From NCBI GenBank assembly GCA_047947115.1, contig CP170459.1, forward strand, positions 736,001 to 800,000: a stretch of DNA of 64,000 nt, in the 5' to 3' direction. The DNA comes from Verrucomicrobiota bacterium (GTDB taxonomy: Bacteria; Verrucomicrobiota; Verrucomicrobiia; Limisphaerales; AAA164-E04). Shown one piece after another: positions 50,445 to 60,491 of this stretch; the stretch's first letter is position 1, and the number at the start of each line of letters is the position of its first letter. The translations under genes and the position numbers were made by a program. The notes beneath the pieces are model-generated. The model was not told the origin of the DNA. It saw nothing but the letters and a program-made list of their open reading frames with translations, and made no database searches.

Positions 50445-50699
50445 ATGATTTCGGTAAGGATTGATCCCACACTTGAAAATGAACTTAGCTTGGTAGCTAA
50501 GGAGAAAGGAATGTCCAAATCGAAATATCTGCGGGGATTAATCATTGAAAAATTGGAGACTGAACGTGTTCATAAAAAGACGCCATGGGAACTGGGTTAG
50601 CATGTGTTTGGCAAATTTGACAGTGGCCGATCCGACCTTTCAAAAAATCGCAAAGCCATTTTGAAGGAAAATTTACGTGAAAAGGCGTGCCGTCATTGA
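50445..50699 (+). pseudogene. RHH antitoxin (VapB-like) with premature TAG
   Basis: MISVRIDPTLENEL...GMSKSKYLRGLI...TPWELG*HVFGKFDSGRSDLSKNRKAILKE; TAG at 50598-50600. Confidence 0.75.
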
Positions 50700-51096
50700 C
50701 TCCGGACCTTTGGTTGCTGTTTTTACCGCAAAGGATGCATTCCATCCTTCTGCGCTGGCGTTTTTCAAGTCATTTCAAGGAAACCTTTACTCAACAATCG
50801 CAGTATTAACCGAGGTTAACTATCTACTTGATTTTGATATCCAGGCACAACTGGCAATGCTGGACTGGGTCTTGTCCGGAGGGTTGGAAGTCATTGAATT
50901 GGATCATTCGGACCTGAAAGCCATTCGGCATTTGACTCAAAAACACGCGGATTTGCCGGCTGATTTTGCGGACACGTCTCTTATTGCTGTCGCCGAAAGA
51001 ATGAACATTGAATATGTGGTAAGCATTGATAGCGACTTCTACGCCTACAGAACTTTATCCAGCCGATACCTTACGAACCTCATGGAGACCGGATAA
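50677..51096 (+). CDS. vapC: PIN-domain toxin
   Basis: VIDSGPLVA, VLTEV, ADFADTSL, SIDSDF acidic tetrad. Confidence 0.9.
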   Translation: MKRRAVIDSGPLVAVFTAKDAFHPSALAFFKSFQGNLYSTIAVLTEVNYLLDFDIQAQLAMLDWVLSGGLEVIELDHSDLKAIRHLTQKHADLPADFADTSLIAVAERMNIEYVVSIDSDFYAYRTLSSRYLTNLMETG

Positions 51097-51352
51097 CAAT
51101 GCGCCATATAACCAACTGATATCCTGTGCCCATCCCAGAGTTCAAGGTCTTTTGTTGATGCAAGTTTCCCAAAAAGTAGTCTGGAAAACCGGGAGTAATC
51201 AGTCCATTCACTCCTCTAAAAGCAAACCACACTCAAACGACTCGCCCCGACCGCCGACTTGACTTTCCAAGTGCGGATTCGCATGGTGATCCTGTTTAGA
51301 TTCTGAAATGAACATGAATCGTTCCGATTGGGAACGAACCGAAACATTGAAT

Positions 51353-54061
51353 ATGAGCAGCAACAATACAATGAACACACTGAGGGAATTCACACTAGGC
51401 GGTGGAGGCCAGGGTCAATTACACAGCTTACCGGCGTTGGAAGAGGCCGGGATAGGCAGCATTTCACGCCTGCCAGTCTCCATCCGGATCGTGCTGGAGT
51501 CCGTACTCCGCAACTGTGACGGAATCAAAGTCACCGAAGAAAGCGTCCGCCAACTGGCCAACTGGCAGCCCAAAGCCGAACGGACCTCTGAAATCCCCTT
51601 CGTGGTCGCCCGCATCGTGCTTCAAGATTTCACCGGAGTACCGCTGCTTGTAGACCTGGCCGCCATGCGTTCCGCCGTCAACCGATTGGGCAAGAACTCA
51701 AAGATCATAGAACCCCTCGTTCCCGTTGATCTTGTGGTGGATCATTCAGTGCAAGTGGATTTCGCCGGCACCGCCGACGCCATGGACCGAAATCTGGACA
51801 AAGAATTCACCCGCAACCGCGAACGCTACCAGTTCCTCAAATGGGGCATGCAGGCCTTCGATACCTTCAAAGTCGTCCCTCCCGGTATCGGCATCGTGCA
51901 TCAGGTCAATCTCGAATACCTTGCGAAAGGGGTTCTCAGCGCAGACAATATCTATTATCCGGACACCCTGGTCGGCACCGATTCACACACCACCATGATC
52001 AACGGCCTCGGGGTTGTTGGCTGGGGCGTGGGTGGCATCGAAGCCGAAGCAGGCATGCTCGGCCAGCCTGTGTATTTCCTCACACCTGACGTCGTGGGCG
52101 TCAACCTGACCGGAAGCCTACGCGAAGGGGTTACCGCGACCGACTTGGCGTTGACCGTTACCGAAATGCTGCGAAAAGCGAAAGTGGTCGGTAAATTCGT
52201 CGAATTCTACGGCCCGGGCGCCCAGGCACTGCCATTGGTGGACCGTGCTACCATCGCCAACATGGCCCCCGAATACGGCGCAACCATGGGATTCTTCCCC
52301 ATCGACGGGGAAACCGTGAACTACATGCGAGCGACCGGACGTTCGGAGGAACTCTGCGCCACCTATGAAAATTACTACAAGGCGCAGGGCCTGTTCGGCA
52401 TCCCCAACAAGGGCGACATCGACTACTCGGTCGATCTGGAACTCGATCTGGGAACCGTCGAACCCAGCGTGGCGGGCCCCAAACGCCCGCAGGACCGCAT
52501 CGTATTGCCCGACCTGAAAAACAGTTTTCAATCCATGTTCTCCAGACCGGTTGCCGAAGGCGGATTCGGCAAGGACGCTGCTGCCTTGGAATCCACTCAG
52601 GTGAGCGTTGACAACAACGGCTCCGGTTCTGTGGAGCTCAAACATGGCAGCGTGCTGATCGCAGCCATCACCAGCTGCACCAACACCTCCAACCCGGGTG
52701 TCATGCTCGGTGCCGGATTGCTCGCCAAGAAAGCGGTCGAAAAAGGGCTTAAAGTCAACCCTGCTGTCAAGGCTTCCCTGGCTCCAGGTTCCCGCGTCGT
52801 GAGCGATTATCTCGAGCAAGCCGGACTCCAAACTTACCTGGATCAACTTGGGTTCAATTTGGTTGGTTACGGCTGCACCACCTGTATCGGAAACAGCGGT
52901 CCATTGGCCAAACCGATCGAAGAAGCCGTCGTCAACAACGATCTGGTCGCCGCTTCCGTCCTTTCCGGAAACCGAAACTTCGAAGCCCGAGTTCACCAAA
53001 ACATCAAAGCCAACTTCCTCATGTCGCCGCCTCTGGTCGTGGCGTTTGCCCTAGCAGGTCGTGTGGATATCAATCTGGAAGAAGAAGCCCTCGGCAGCGA
53101 TTCCGAAGGCAACCCGGTCTTTTTGAAAGATCTCTGGCCGAGCCTGGAGGATATCAAAGCCCTGTTTGCCAAGGCCATGGATCCTGCAGTTTTCCGAAAA
53201 CTATATACCGATTTTGCCGACCAGAATCCGAAATGGAACGAAATCCCATCTTCAGTGGGCGACGTATATGAGTGGGATTTGAAGAGCACATACATTCAAG
53301 AGCCGCCTTTCTTCACCGACTTCGATCTCGAACCCGGCACCATCACCCCGATCGAAGGTGCACGCGCCTTGGGCATTTTCGGGGACAGCGTGACCACCGA
53401 CCATATCAGTCCCGCCGGAGCGATCAAAAAAGATTCACCCGCCGGACGATTCCTGGGCGAAAACGACGTGGCAGTAGCCGACTTCAACAGCTACGGTTCA
53501 CGACGCGGCAATGACCGAATCATGACCCGTGGAACCTTTGCCAATGTGCGCATCAAGAACCTGATGGTTCCCGGCGTGGAAGGCGGTGTCACCAAGCACC
53601 AGCCATCCGGCGACCAAACCAGCATCTACGATGCCGCTCAACGTTACGCCGAGGAAAAGACTCCATTGGTCGTATTGGCCGGTCAGGAGTATGGAACAGG
53701 AAGTTCGCGCGACTGGGCCGCCAAGGGCACCCGCTTGCTGGGAGTGCGCGCGGTGGTGGCCGCCAGTTTCGAACGCATCCATCGCTCCAATCTGGTGGGC
53801 ATGGGTGTGCTGCCTCTGCAATTCGAAGATGGTCAAAATGTCCAATCACTTAACCTCGACGGCAGTGAAACCTTTGACATTGTCGGACTCAACAACGATC
53901 TGAAACCCCGTCAGGAACTGCAACTGCGCATCACCCGCGCCAACGGCCAACAGGTCGACGTGGCGTTGCGCTGCCGCATCGACACCGATATCGAAATCGA
54001 ATACTACCGCCACGGTGGCATCCTGCCATATGTCCTCCGCCAATTGGTGGCCAAGGCATGA
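51353..54061 (+). CDS. acnA: Aconitate hydratase A
   Basis: [44 protein letters not shown]. Confidence 0.98.
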   Translation: MSSNNTMNTLREFTLGGGGQGQLHSLPALEEAGIGSISRLPVSIRIVLESVLRNCDGIKVTEESVRQLANWQPKAERTSEIPFVVARIVLQDFTGVPLLVDLAAMRSAVNRLGKNSKIIEPLVPVDLVVDHSVQVDFAGTADAMDRNLDKEFTRNRERYQFLKWGMQAFDTFKVVPPGIGIVHQVNLEYLAKGVLSADNIYYPDTLVGTDSHTTMINGLGVVGWGVGGIEAEAGMLGQPVYFLTPDVVGVNLTGSLREGVTATDLALTVTEMLRKAKVVGKFVEFYGPGAQALPLVDRATIANMAPEYGATMGFFPIDGETVNYMRATGRSEELCATYENYYKAQGLFGIPNKGDIDYSVDLELDLGTVEPSVAGPKRPQDRIVLPDLKNSFQSMFSRPVAEGGFGKDAAALESTQVSVDNNGSGSVELKHGSVLIAAITSCTNTSNPGVMLGAGLLAKKAVEKGLKVNPAVKASLAPGSRVVSDYLEQAGLQTYLDQLGFNLVGYGCTTCIGNSGPLAKPIEEAVVNNDLVAASVLSGNRNFEARVHQNIKANFLMSPPLVVAFALAGRVDINLEEEALGSDSEGNPVFLKDLWPSLEDIKALFAKAMDPAVFRKLYTDFADQNPKWNEIPSSVGDVYEWDLKSTYIQEPPFFTDFDLEPGTITPIEGARALGIFGDSVTTDHISPAGAIKKDSPAGRFLGENDVAVADFNSYGSRRGNDRIMTRGTFANVRIKNLMVPGVEGGVTKHQPSGDQTSIYDAAQRYAEEKTPLVVLAGQEYGTGSSRDWAAKGTRLLGVRAVVAASFERIHRSNLVGMGVLPLQFEDGQNVQSLNLDGSETFDIVGLNNDLKPRQELQLRITRANGQQVDVALRCRIDTDIEIEYYRHGGILPYVLRQLVAKA

Positions 54062-54086
54062 TGTATCCGTCCAGTTAAAGGCATTC

Positions 54087-54121
54087 AAGGGCGTCTCCCA
54101 TGACAAGGAGACGCCCTTTTT
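54087..54121 (+). terminator. Intrinsic terminator after acnA
   Basis: AAGGGCGTCTCC-8nt-GGAGACGCCCTT followed by a T run. Confidence 0.85.
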
Positions 54122-54162
54122 GTTGGTTTCTTCGATCAATACCATCCAGAATACCCCAGAGA

Positions 54163-55296
54163 ATGACGACATCGTTCGATGATATGGACCTGAAGTTCAT
54201 GCGACGCGCACTTCAATTGGCAAAGCGCGGTTATGGCCGCGTATCGCCCAACCCAATGGTCGGGGCCGTGCTGACACGCCGGGACTCCATCATCGGTGAA
54301 GGTTGGCATAAAAAGGCAGGTGAAGCACATGCCGAAGTCGCGGCGTTGAACGACGCTAAACAACGCAAAAACAGAGTCAATGATGCCACTCTTTACGTCA
54401 CCCTTGAACCCTGCTCCACCACAGGAAGAACCCCCCCCTGCACCCGGGCCATTCTGGATGCAGGTATCAAAAGGGTGGTCGTGGCATGCCTGGATCCCAA
54501 TCCGAAACATGCAGGGCGAGGCATTGCACTTTTGGAATCAGCAGGCCTGAAGGTGACGAGCGGAGTGCTTGAAGACAAAGCCATGGCATTGAACCACTCC
54601 TTCTTTCACTGGATCCAGCACCATCGCCCCTGGGTAACCATCAAGGCCGCCATGACCCTGGATGGAAAGATTGCAACCGCATCCGGAGAATCCAAATGGA
54701 TCACCGGCACCGAAGCGCGCAGGCACGCCATGAAGCTGAGGTTTGGCATGGATGCCATGTTGGTGGGCATCGAAACCGTCCTAATGGATGATCCATCTCT
54801 CACAGTGCGTCTGGGGACTTCGACTCAACCATCCAAACCGCTCCTGCGCCTGGTGCTCGATTCCAAAGCACGCATTCCACTCGATTCCAAACTGGTCACG
54901 GATCCGTGGAACCAGTGGACGCGGGTTGTCATATCCCAGTCAGCACCCCGAAAACGAGTGAAACTTCTGCAAGAGAAGGTCAAAGTGTGGGAGTCTCCCA
55001 ATAGTGGTCACATCGATTTGAACTGGCTATTGCTTCAATTGGGAGCAGAAAATGTCACATCACTGCTGGTGGAAGGTGGTGGAAAGGTCAATGCAGGATT
55101 CTTCGAGCAACAGCTAGTTCACGCAGTGGCATTTTATTATGCCCCCAAAGTGCTGGGCGGCGAACATTCGCGACGTGCCGTCAGCGGAAAGGGCGCGAAA
55201 ACTCTTCAGGAAGCGATTCGATTGAAAAACGCAAGCTGGAAAAAAGTAGGACAGGATCTGGTAATGCAGGCTTTGGTGAACAAATCAAAGGAGTGA
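54163..55296 (+). CDS. ribD: Bifunctional riboflavin deaminase/reductase
   Basis: PNPMVGAV, HAE, TLEPC...TPPC, MTLDGKIA, SKWITG, VEGGG. Confidence 0.97.
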   Translation: MTTSFDDMDLKFMRRALQLAKRGYGRVSPNPMVGAVLTRRDSIIGEGWHKKAGEAHAEVAALNDAKQRKNRVNDATLYVTLEPCSTTGRTPPCTRAILDAGIKRVVVACLDPNPKHAGRGIALLESAGLKVTSGVLEDKAMALNHSFFHWIQHHRPWVTIKAAMTLDGKIATASGESKWITGTEARRHAMKLRFGMDAMLVGIETVLMDDPSLTVRLGTSTQPSKPLLRLVLDSKARIPLDSKLVTDPWNQWTRVVISQSAPRKRVKLLQEKVKVWESPNSGHIDLNWLLLQLGAENVTSLLVEGGGKVNAGFFEQQLVHAVAFYYAPKVLGGEHSRRAVSGKGAKTLQEAIRLKNASWKKVGQDLVMQALVNKSKE

Positions 55297-55313
55297 AAAT
55301 TCAAATCAACTGC

Positions 55314-55937
55314 TCAAGCATCTCGTTCATCGGGCGTTTTTGCAACCATCCCGCCCGTCCTGGCGAACCAGAAGGCAGGTCCGATCCCTCCTCCAAAAAA
55401 GAATCCATACGCCACACCCCAGGCCACCGCACCCCACGGCATCCCCATTGAGGCATGCAGCCATGATCCGATGAAGTAGCCACTGGCATTGGAAATCGTC
55501 AGCACCATCCATACCCGGTGCCATTCCTTCATGTTGCCAAGAAACGCACAAATGCAAAGCCCCATGGCCAGCGATCCAAATATCGCCGCCAAAGCCTCAC
55601 CTGTCCGATTGCGCGTCAACATCCAGACAACAATCCATATGACGGCATATGCGGCAAATGAAGTTGAGAAAATCTTAAAAAACTTCAATCGCGCACCCGG
55701 TCCGGGTGTCAGCCCCTTCATGACCTCGCAGCCAATCCCGAGATAAAGAACCAACCAGGCAATGTAAGCGCCCGCTTCTCCCAGAGCACGATAGAACCAC
55801 CCTCCAAGAAACGCCCACGAGCCAAAAACAGCCAGGCTGGCCAAGCCAAATCCCAGCACACCAATGCGCCAGGCATCCCAAATATGTTGCGTGAACGATG
55901 TCGTCCGATCGTTGACGGGTTCAGTCTGATCGATCAT
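55314..55937 (-). CDS. Hypothetical integral membrane protein
   Basis: About six Gly/aromatic-rich TM segments; ATGA overlap with ogt. Confidence 0.75.
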   Translation of the reverse strand: MIDQTEPVNDRTTSFTQHIWDAWRIGVLGFGLASLAVFGSWAFLGGWFYRALGEAGAYIAWLVLYLGIGCEVMKGLTPGPGARLKFFKIFSTSFAAYAVIWIVVWMLTRNRTGEALAAIFGSLAMGLCICAFLGNMKEWHRVWMVLTISNASGYFIGSWLHASMGMPWGAVAWGVAYGFFFGGGIGPAFWFARTGGMVAKTPDERDA

Positions 55938-56440
55938 ATTTCAACACCTTCCAAATCCAATAAGTGTTGTTTCCACTCAATCCCTCCTGAAAAACCACCC
56001 AACTTCCGGTTGGTTGCCAGCACTCGATGGCAAGGAATGATCAGGGGTATTGGGTTGGCACCACAGGCTCCGCCGACAGCCCGGACGGCTTTTGGTTTGC
56101 GGATCTTTTTGGCTATTTCACCGTAAGACCTGGTCTTGCCGTAAGGGATGCTCTGCAAGGCAAGCCAGACGCTTTGTTGAAACGGGGTGCCAAGCTGGAG
56201 ATCAAGTGGTGGAACAGTCCGGGCTCCAGGCTGCTTTCCCTGCAGATAGTCTTTAACCCACTGCCGGGTAGCCTTTTGCCATTCCTGAACCTGTCTGGAG
56301 GGACGATGCCCGGTATCGGCATTTATCTCGACAGGAAACCTGCCGGGGAACCACAGTCCTGTGAGTCCCGCCCCGGAAAAAGCGGAAACCCAGGTATCGG
56401 AACCAATCCGAAAGGCGTCGATGTGAATCGGTTCTTCCAT
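55934..56440 (-). CDS. ogt: Methylated-DNA-protein-cysteine methyltransferase
   Basis: GTPFQQSVW, IPYGKTRSYGEIA, RAVGGAC, IPCHRV. Confidence 0.95.
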   Translation of the reverse strand: MEEPIHIDAFRIGSDTWVSAFSGAGLTGLWFPGRFPVEINADTGHRPSRQVQEWQKATRQWVKDYLQGKQPGARTVPPLDLQLGTPFQQSVWLALQSIPYGKTRSYGEIAKKIRKPKAVRAVGGACGANPIPLIIPCHRVLATNRKLGGFSGGIEWKQHLLDLEGVEI

Positions 56441-56443
56441 GAG

Positions 56444-56992
56444 TCAGGGACGCATCACGGCAAACACACCGCAAAGGATGAGCAGAAACAGGACAAACAT
56501 CATCAGAAACCGGTTGCGCGCAATGCGTTTTTCCCGCCGCAACGGCTCAATCCCCTGCACTCCTCCAACGGCCATGTATTGCGCCAATTTCTGAGGCTTC
56601 GGTTTTTCAGTTACGGACTTTCGTTGAAATTCCGGCTTGCCGCCAACCCGCCCGCGTACCCAAGCCATGGGATCGAGTTTCCGAACACCCAATGCGTTAT
56701 AATGGGCTTCGGGATCCCGGATTTCTTCGACGACTCGCAAATCGTCGTGCTCAACCGTTTCAAATAGAGCCCCCATTGATGAACGGTCTGACCGGTCATC
56801 AGACTTTCGTGAGAGCAGCGAAGTTGTTCGTTGAAATTTCGGTTCCTGGCTGGATTGCTTTTTCAAACGCCGGATTTCGGCTTTGAGTTCACGGGCGCGA
56901 GTGTTCAGGTTGCGTGCCCTGGCTGAAATGGGATCTTTCCCAGCCCGCAGCAATTTGTTCAAAAGGGAACCTTTACCGGTGATGCGCATCAT
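56444..56992 (-). CDS. Hypothetical protein with C-terminal TM anchor
   Basis: Basic coiled-coil N-terminus; PLRREKRIARNRFL followed by a hydrophobic tail. Confidence 0.7.
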   Translation of the reverse strand: MMRITGKGSLLNKLLRAGKDPISARARNLNTRARELKAEIRRLKKQSSQEPKFQRTTSLLSRKSDDRSDRSSMGALFETVEHDDLRVVEEIRDPEAHYNALGVRKLDPMAWVRGRVGGKPEFQRKSVTEKPKPQKLAQYMAVGGVQGIEPLRREKRIARNRFLMMFVLFLLILCGVFAVMRP

Positions 56993-57024
56993 GTCTTGTC
57001 ATTTTCTGACTGCCTTACGAGGCA

Positions 57025-57771
57025 TCAGGATCCACCCTGAAGCCATACAGCTACCAGCATGAACACGCCAACCAGTAAGACCAAAGCCACAGGCCAAGTC
57101 AATGCCAACCCGATTTGAGCCCATTGTTTCCAGGAAAACTGGTCGAAATCCAGCGATGCCAACAGGGATTGAAGGGTCGATGGAGATTTTGGCTTGGGCG
57201 TGGTTTTGATTTTAGGCTCCGGAATGGAATGCGGCACAGGGGCCGATGTTGGTGCGGTTTTTGGATTGAGAACCGGAAATTTTGGAACGGCGCTGATCCA
57301 TTCCTTACGTGCGTTCTCGATGGTGATGAGCGCACGGGTAAGTTCGCGGTTGAGATTGTCCTCTTCCCAGGCATCCTCTGACAATTCCTCCACCTTTTCC
57401 AAGTGCTCCCGAAATTCCACCAGGGATTTGCCCATGTCCTCAATTTGACGGCGGGCTTTTTCCTCTTCCTCTTCAAGCGTGGCGATGCCTTTGCTCAGGT
57501 TGTTCAACATTTCCTCGCGCCCTTGGGTGAATTCGGCACGACGTCTCCTTAAATCCTCGAGAGCGACTCTTTCCTTTTCGAGCCTCTCCTGCTCCTGCTT
57601 GAGCGCAATGAGTCGCTGTTGTGTGGTACCAACCTTGGCCTCAAGTTGTTCGCGTGCAGGAATGCGTTTAATCGGACCATCCTGAGGCGCTTCGGCCATG
57701 TCGGTGAGGGACATTTGCTGGGATTGCTGGTATTCCCTGTCGATAAAATCGTTGTCGTCGTGCGGAGCCAT
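57025..57771 (-). CDS. Coiled-coil protein with C-terminal TM anchor
   Basis: Long E/K/R/Q heptad region, Pro-rich linker, GLALTWPVALVLL; start moved to ATG 57771. Confidence 0.75.
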   Translation of the reverse strand: MAPHDDNDFIDREYQQSQQMSLTDMAEAPQDGPIKRIPAREQLEAKVGTTQQRLIALKQEQERLEKERVALEDLRRRRAEFTQGREEMLNNLSKGIATLEEEEEKARRQIEDMGKSLVEFREHLEKVEELSEDAWEEDNLNRELTRALITIENARKEWISAVPKFPVLNPKTAPTSAPVPHSIPEPKIKTTPKPKSPSTLQSLLASLDFDQFSWKQWAQIGLALTWPVALVLLVGVFMLVAVWLQGGS

Positions 57772-57857
57772 CCTATTAAAATAATGACAACATGCGGATC
57801 TGTAAAGCGACCGGGGACATTTTAACGTCCATTCGACCTCTTTTTTCGCAAAAACCT

Positions 57858-59609
57858 TCAAATTTCCATGTGCCGAAGCCGATTGATCCCGATGCGATAA
57901 GGAATCAGACCCAATCCCAATGACAACACCGTAAAGCTCCCCCAGCCCAACGCCACCACCCAAGGAACAGTTTGCTCCCGCCAGGGAGATCCAACAGCCA
58001 AAATGGCGATGCTTCCAACAATATACAAGAAACTCAGCACCAAACAGAATGTCCCACCGAAACCACTGACAATTTTACTGGGATTATCTTCCTTGAAATT
58101 GGGATAGATCACACCTAACCCCATGGCAAGACCGTTAAGCGTCAAAGCCATCACCGCAATCACAAAAGTAAAATAACCGATCTGCATCCAAGGCATGTTC
58201 AACATGTGGCAAGACATGAAAATCAAGATACCGGTGAGACTCATGGAAATCAGACAGGCCAGTGTGTATTTGATGCCGATGACCTTTTTCAAACCAATCG
58301 GGGCCATGCCAACGATCCAAAGCCGCTTGCCCTCAAGAGAGAATTGGGGAAACACAAAGCGAGTGGTCAGGGTCGCCAGATTGAGCGAGCAAGCCCCCAG
58401 GTTCATGTAGGAAATAAGGTGAATCCAGAAGGGATTGTTGAGTTTCGATGAAAAATTCTTGAGGTTCACAATGTAGGCCGCAAGCAATCCAAAGAGCAGA
58501 AGGCTTTGCCCCCATTGACTCGTATCCCGCCAGAACACCCGAACATCCTTCACCAAAACAGCACGAAAATCCGGAGGCATCCAGAAAAGCAAACCAAAAA
58601 AACGCTCCAAAAACCCGGGACTCCAAGCCTTGGAACGATTCCTTTTGCCACGATCCAACCACTGAACCCATTTCCAGCGACTCGCCACCGGTCCGCGACT
58701 TTGAACTGCGGAAGCGGCTTCATAAAGAGGTGAACCGGCCATCACCATCGTAAACCGCCCCCAGAACAATCCATAACTCAGCATGACCAACATAAAAAAG
58801 CCCGTGGCACTGATTGCCCCCTCACTCCATGAAATCACACCGGATGCCAGCCAATAACTGGGCAGAAAGGCAAACTGACTGAACTGGGTGTTTTTCAACA
58901 AACGATCCAATACCAGCATGACACGGGTCTCCAACATGTCGTCTGTCACCACATCAGGTTTCAACCAGAACGCCAACGCCACCAACACCAAGACCCCCAA
59001 ACCAAGAGTCGTGTACTGAAAAAACCGCCGATCCATGTAACGGGCCAATCCGATCGCCGACCAGGCCCCGGCAATGGCTGGCAGAATCACAAACATCAAA
59101 ACCATGAACACTGTCACGGGATAAAAGGTCCAGTCCACATCCTCCACCAAACCATAAGCAACCAGCAGTGGAGCAATCAAAAACAGAAACGCCCAGGAAG
59201 CCACTACGGTCGATTCGAGAAACTTCCATTGGAAGATGGCATTGGGAGAAATGGGCAGACAATGGAGGAAATTTGTTTCGCGATTACGAAACAAGTTTGA
59301 ATAGCTGATGACCAGATTACTGATCAGCAACAACGCAAACAGGAACGCGAACAAGATAAAAATCATACGTTCCACGAGCAAATCCCCCAAACCCGGAAAC
59401 GCCCCGACAAAGCGCATCGCACGATAAAAAAGGGCAAAAGACAACCAACAGTATCCCACAATGAACAACAGAACTGTAACGGATAACAGTTTGGACTGTA
59501 AGAGGACGGCTTCCAATCGCCGCCAGTTCTGTTTGAGATGAACACCCGCCAACAGTGCAAAACCGCTGCGCTCACGATAAGGCTCCGAGTTGGTATCGCC
59601 TGGATCCAT
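57858..59609 (-). CDS. ABC-2-type permease
   Basis: Many TM segments, KDVRVFWRD, RFVFPQFSLEG; follows the ATPase. Confidence 0.85.
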   Translation of the reverse strand: MDPGDTNSEPYRERSGFALLAGVHLKQNWRRLEAVLLQSKLLSVTVLLFIVGYCWLSFALFYRAMRFVGAFPGLGDLLVERMIFILFAFLFALLLISNLVISYSNLFRNRETNFLHCLPISPNAIFQWKFLESTVVASWAFLFLIAPLLVAYGLVEDVDWTFYPVTVFMVLMFVILPAIAGAWSAIGLARYMDRRFFQYTTLGLGVLVLVALAFWLKPDVVTDDMLETRVMLVLDRLLKNTQFSQFAFLPSYWLASGVISWSEGAISATGFFMLVMLSYGLFWGRFTMVMAGSPLYEAASAVQSRGPVASRWKWVQWLDRGKRNRSKAWSPGFLERFFGLLFWMPPDFRAVLVKDVRVFWRDTSQWGQSLLLFGLLAAYIVNLKNFSSKLNNPFWIHLISYMNLGACSLNLATLTTRFVFPQFSLEGKRLWIVGMAPIGLKKVIGIKYTLACLISMSLTGILIFMSCHMLNMPWMQIGYFTFVIAVMALTLNGLAMGLGVIYPNFKEDNPSKIVSGFGGTFCLVLSFLYIVGSIAILAVGSPWREQTVPWVVALGWGSFTVLSLGLGLIPYRIGINRLRHMEI

Positions 59610-59612
59610 GAT

Positions 59613-60356
59613 TCAAGGATGCGTCACCGCAGACTCGGTTTGAGTTGTCAATCTCAGAAAACTCTTCTCAAGAGCGCCATCCTGTCCGCTCTGATGCCTT
59701 AACTCCTCGCTCGTGCCCATAGCGATCAATTTCCCCTGGTGAATGATGCCGATACGATCAGCCATTTCTTCTGCCACCGACAATTGGTGTGTGGACAGGA
59801 ACACGGTCATTCCTGCCCGAGAACGTTCTTTTAAAATGTCTTTAACGATCCGTGCATGCTGAGGATCCAGGCCGACCATGGGCTCATCGATCACAAATAC
59901 CTCCGGATCATGCAGCAAAGCCGATGCAATGGCGACACGCTGTCGAGTGCCATGTGAAAGGCCTTCGATGGGCTTGTGCAAAAAGGCATCCAGATGAAAA
60001 CGTCTGGCCAATTGCTCCCCTTCCTTGCGAACCCGGTCGTGATCAATTTTAAATAATTGACCGGTAAACCGCATAAACTCCAGAGGTGTCAGTTTCTCGT
60101 ACAGAAAAGGAAAATCGGGGACATAGGCCAGCCGTTCGCGGGCTTTTAATGGGTTCTGCTGGATATCATATCCGGCCACCACGACCGAACCGCGTGTAGG
60201 TTTGACCAACCCGACCATCATTTTGATAGTGGTGGTCTTTCCAGCCGCATTAGGGCCGAGCACGGCAAAGAACTCGCCCCTGGGAACCACCAGGTCGATG
60301 CCGTCCACAGCGATCAAATCGCCAAATTGCTTCACTAGCCCCTTGAGCTCAATCAT
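59613..60356 (-). CDS. ABC transporter ATP-binding protein
   Basis: GPNAAGKT, LSHGTRQR, IDEPMVGLDP. Confidence 0.93.
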   Translation of the reverse strand: MIELKGLVKQFGDLIAVDGIDLVVPRGEFFAVLGPNAAGKTTTIKMMVGLVKPTRGSVVVAGYDIQQNPLKARERLAYVPDFPFLYEKLTPLEFMRFTGQLFKIDHDRVRKEGEQLARRFHLDAFLHKPIEGLSHGTRQRVAIASALLHDPEVFVIDEPMVGLDPQHARIVKDILKERSRAGMTVFLSTHQLSVAEEMADRIGIIHQGKLIAMGTSEELRHQSGQDGALEKSFLRLTTQTESAVTHP

Positions 60357-60491
60357 GACGCCTAACGTTTAAGCATACAGCCGAATGGTTTTCAAGATAC
60401 GATGACAGGTAATGATTTCTCCGTTTTACAACCGTGACAAATGCATGCATGTTATGTATTTTGACAGGGTAAGGATTCGGGCCTGACTCGT

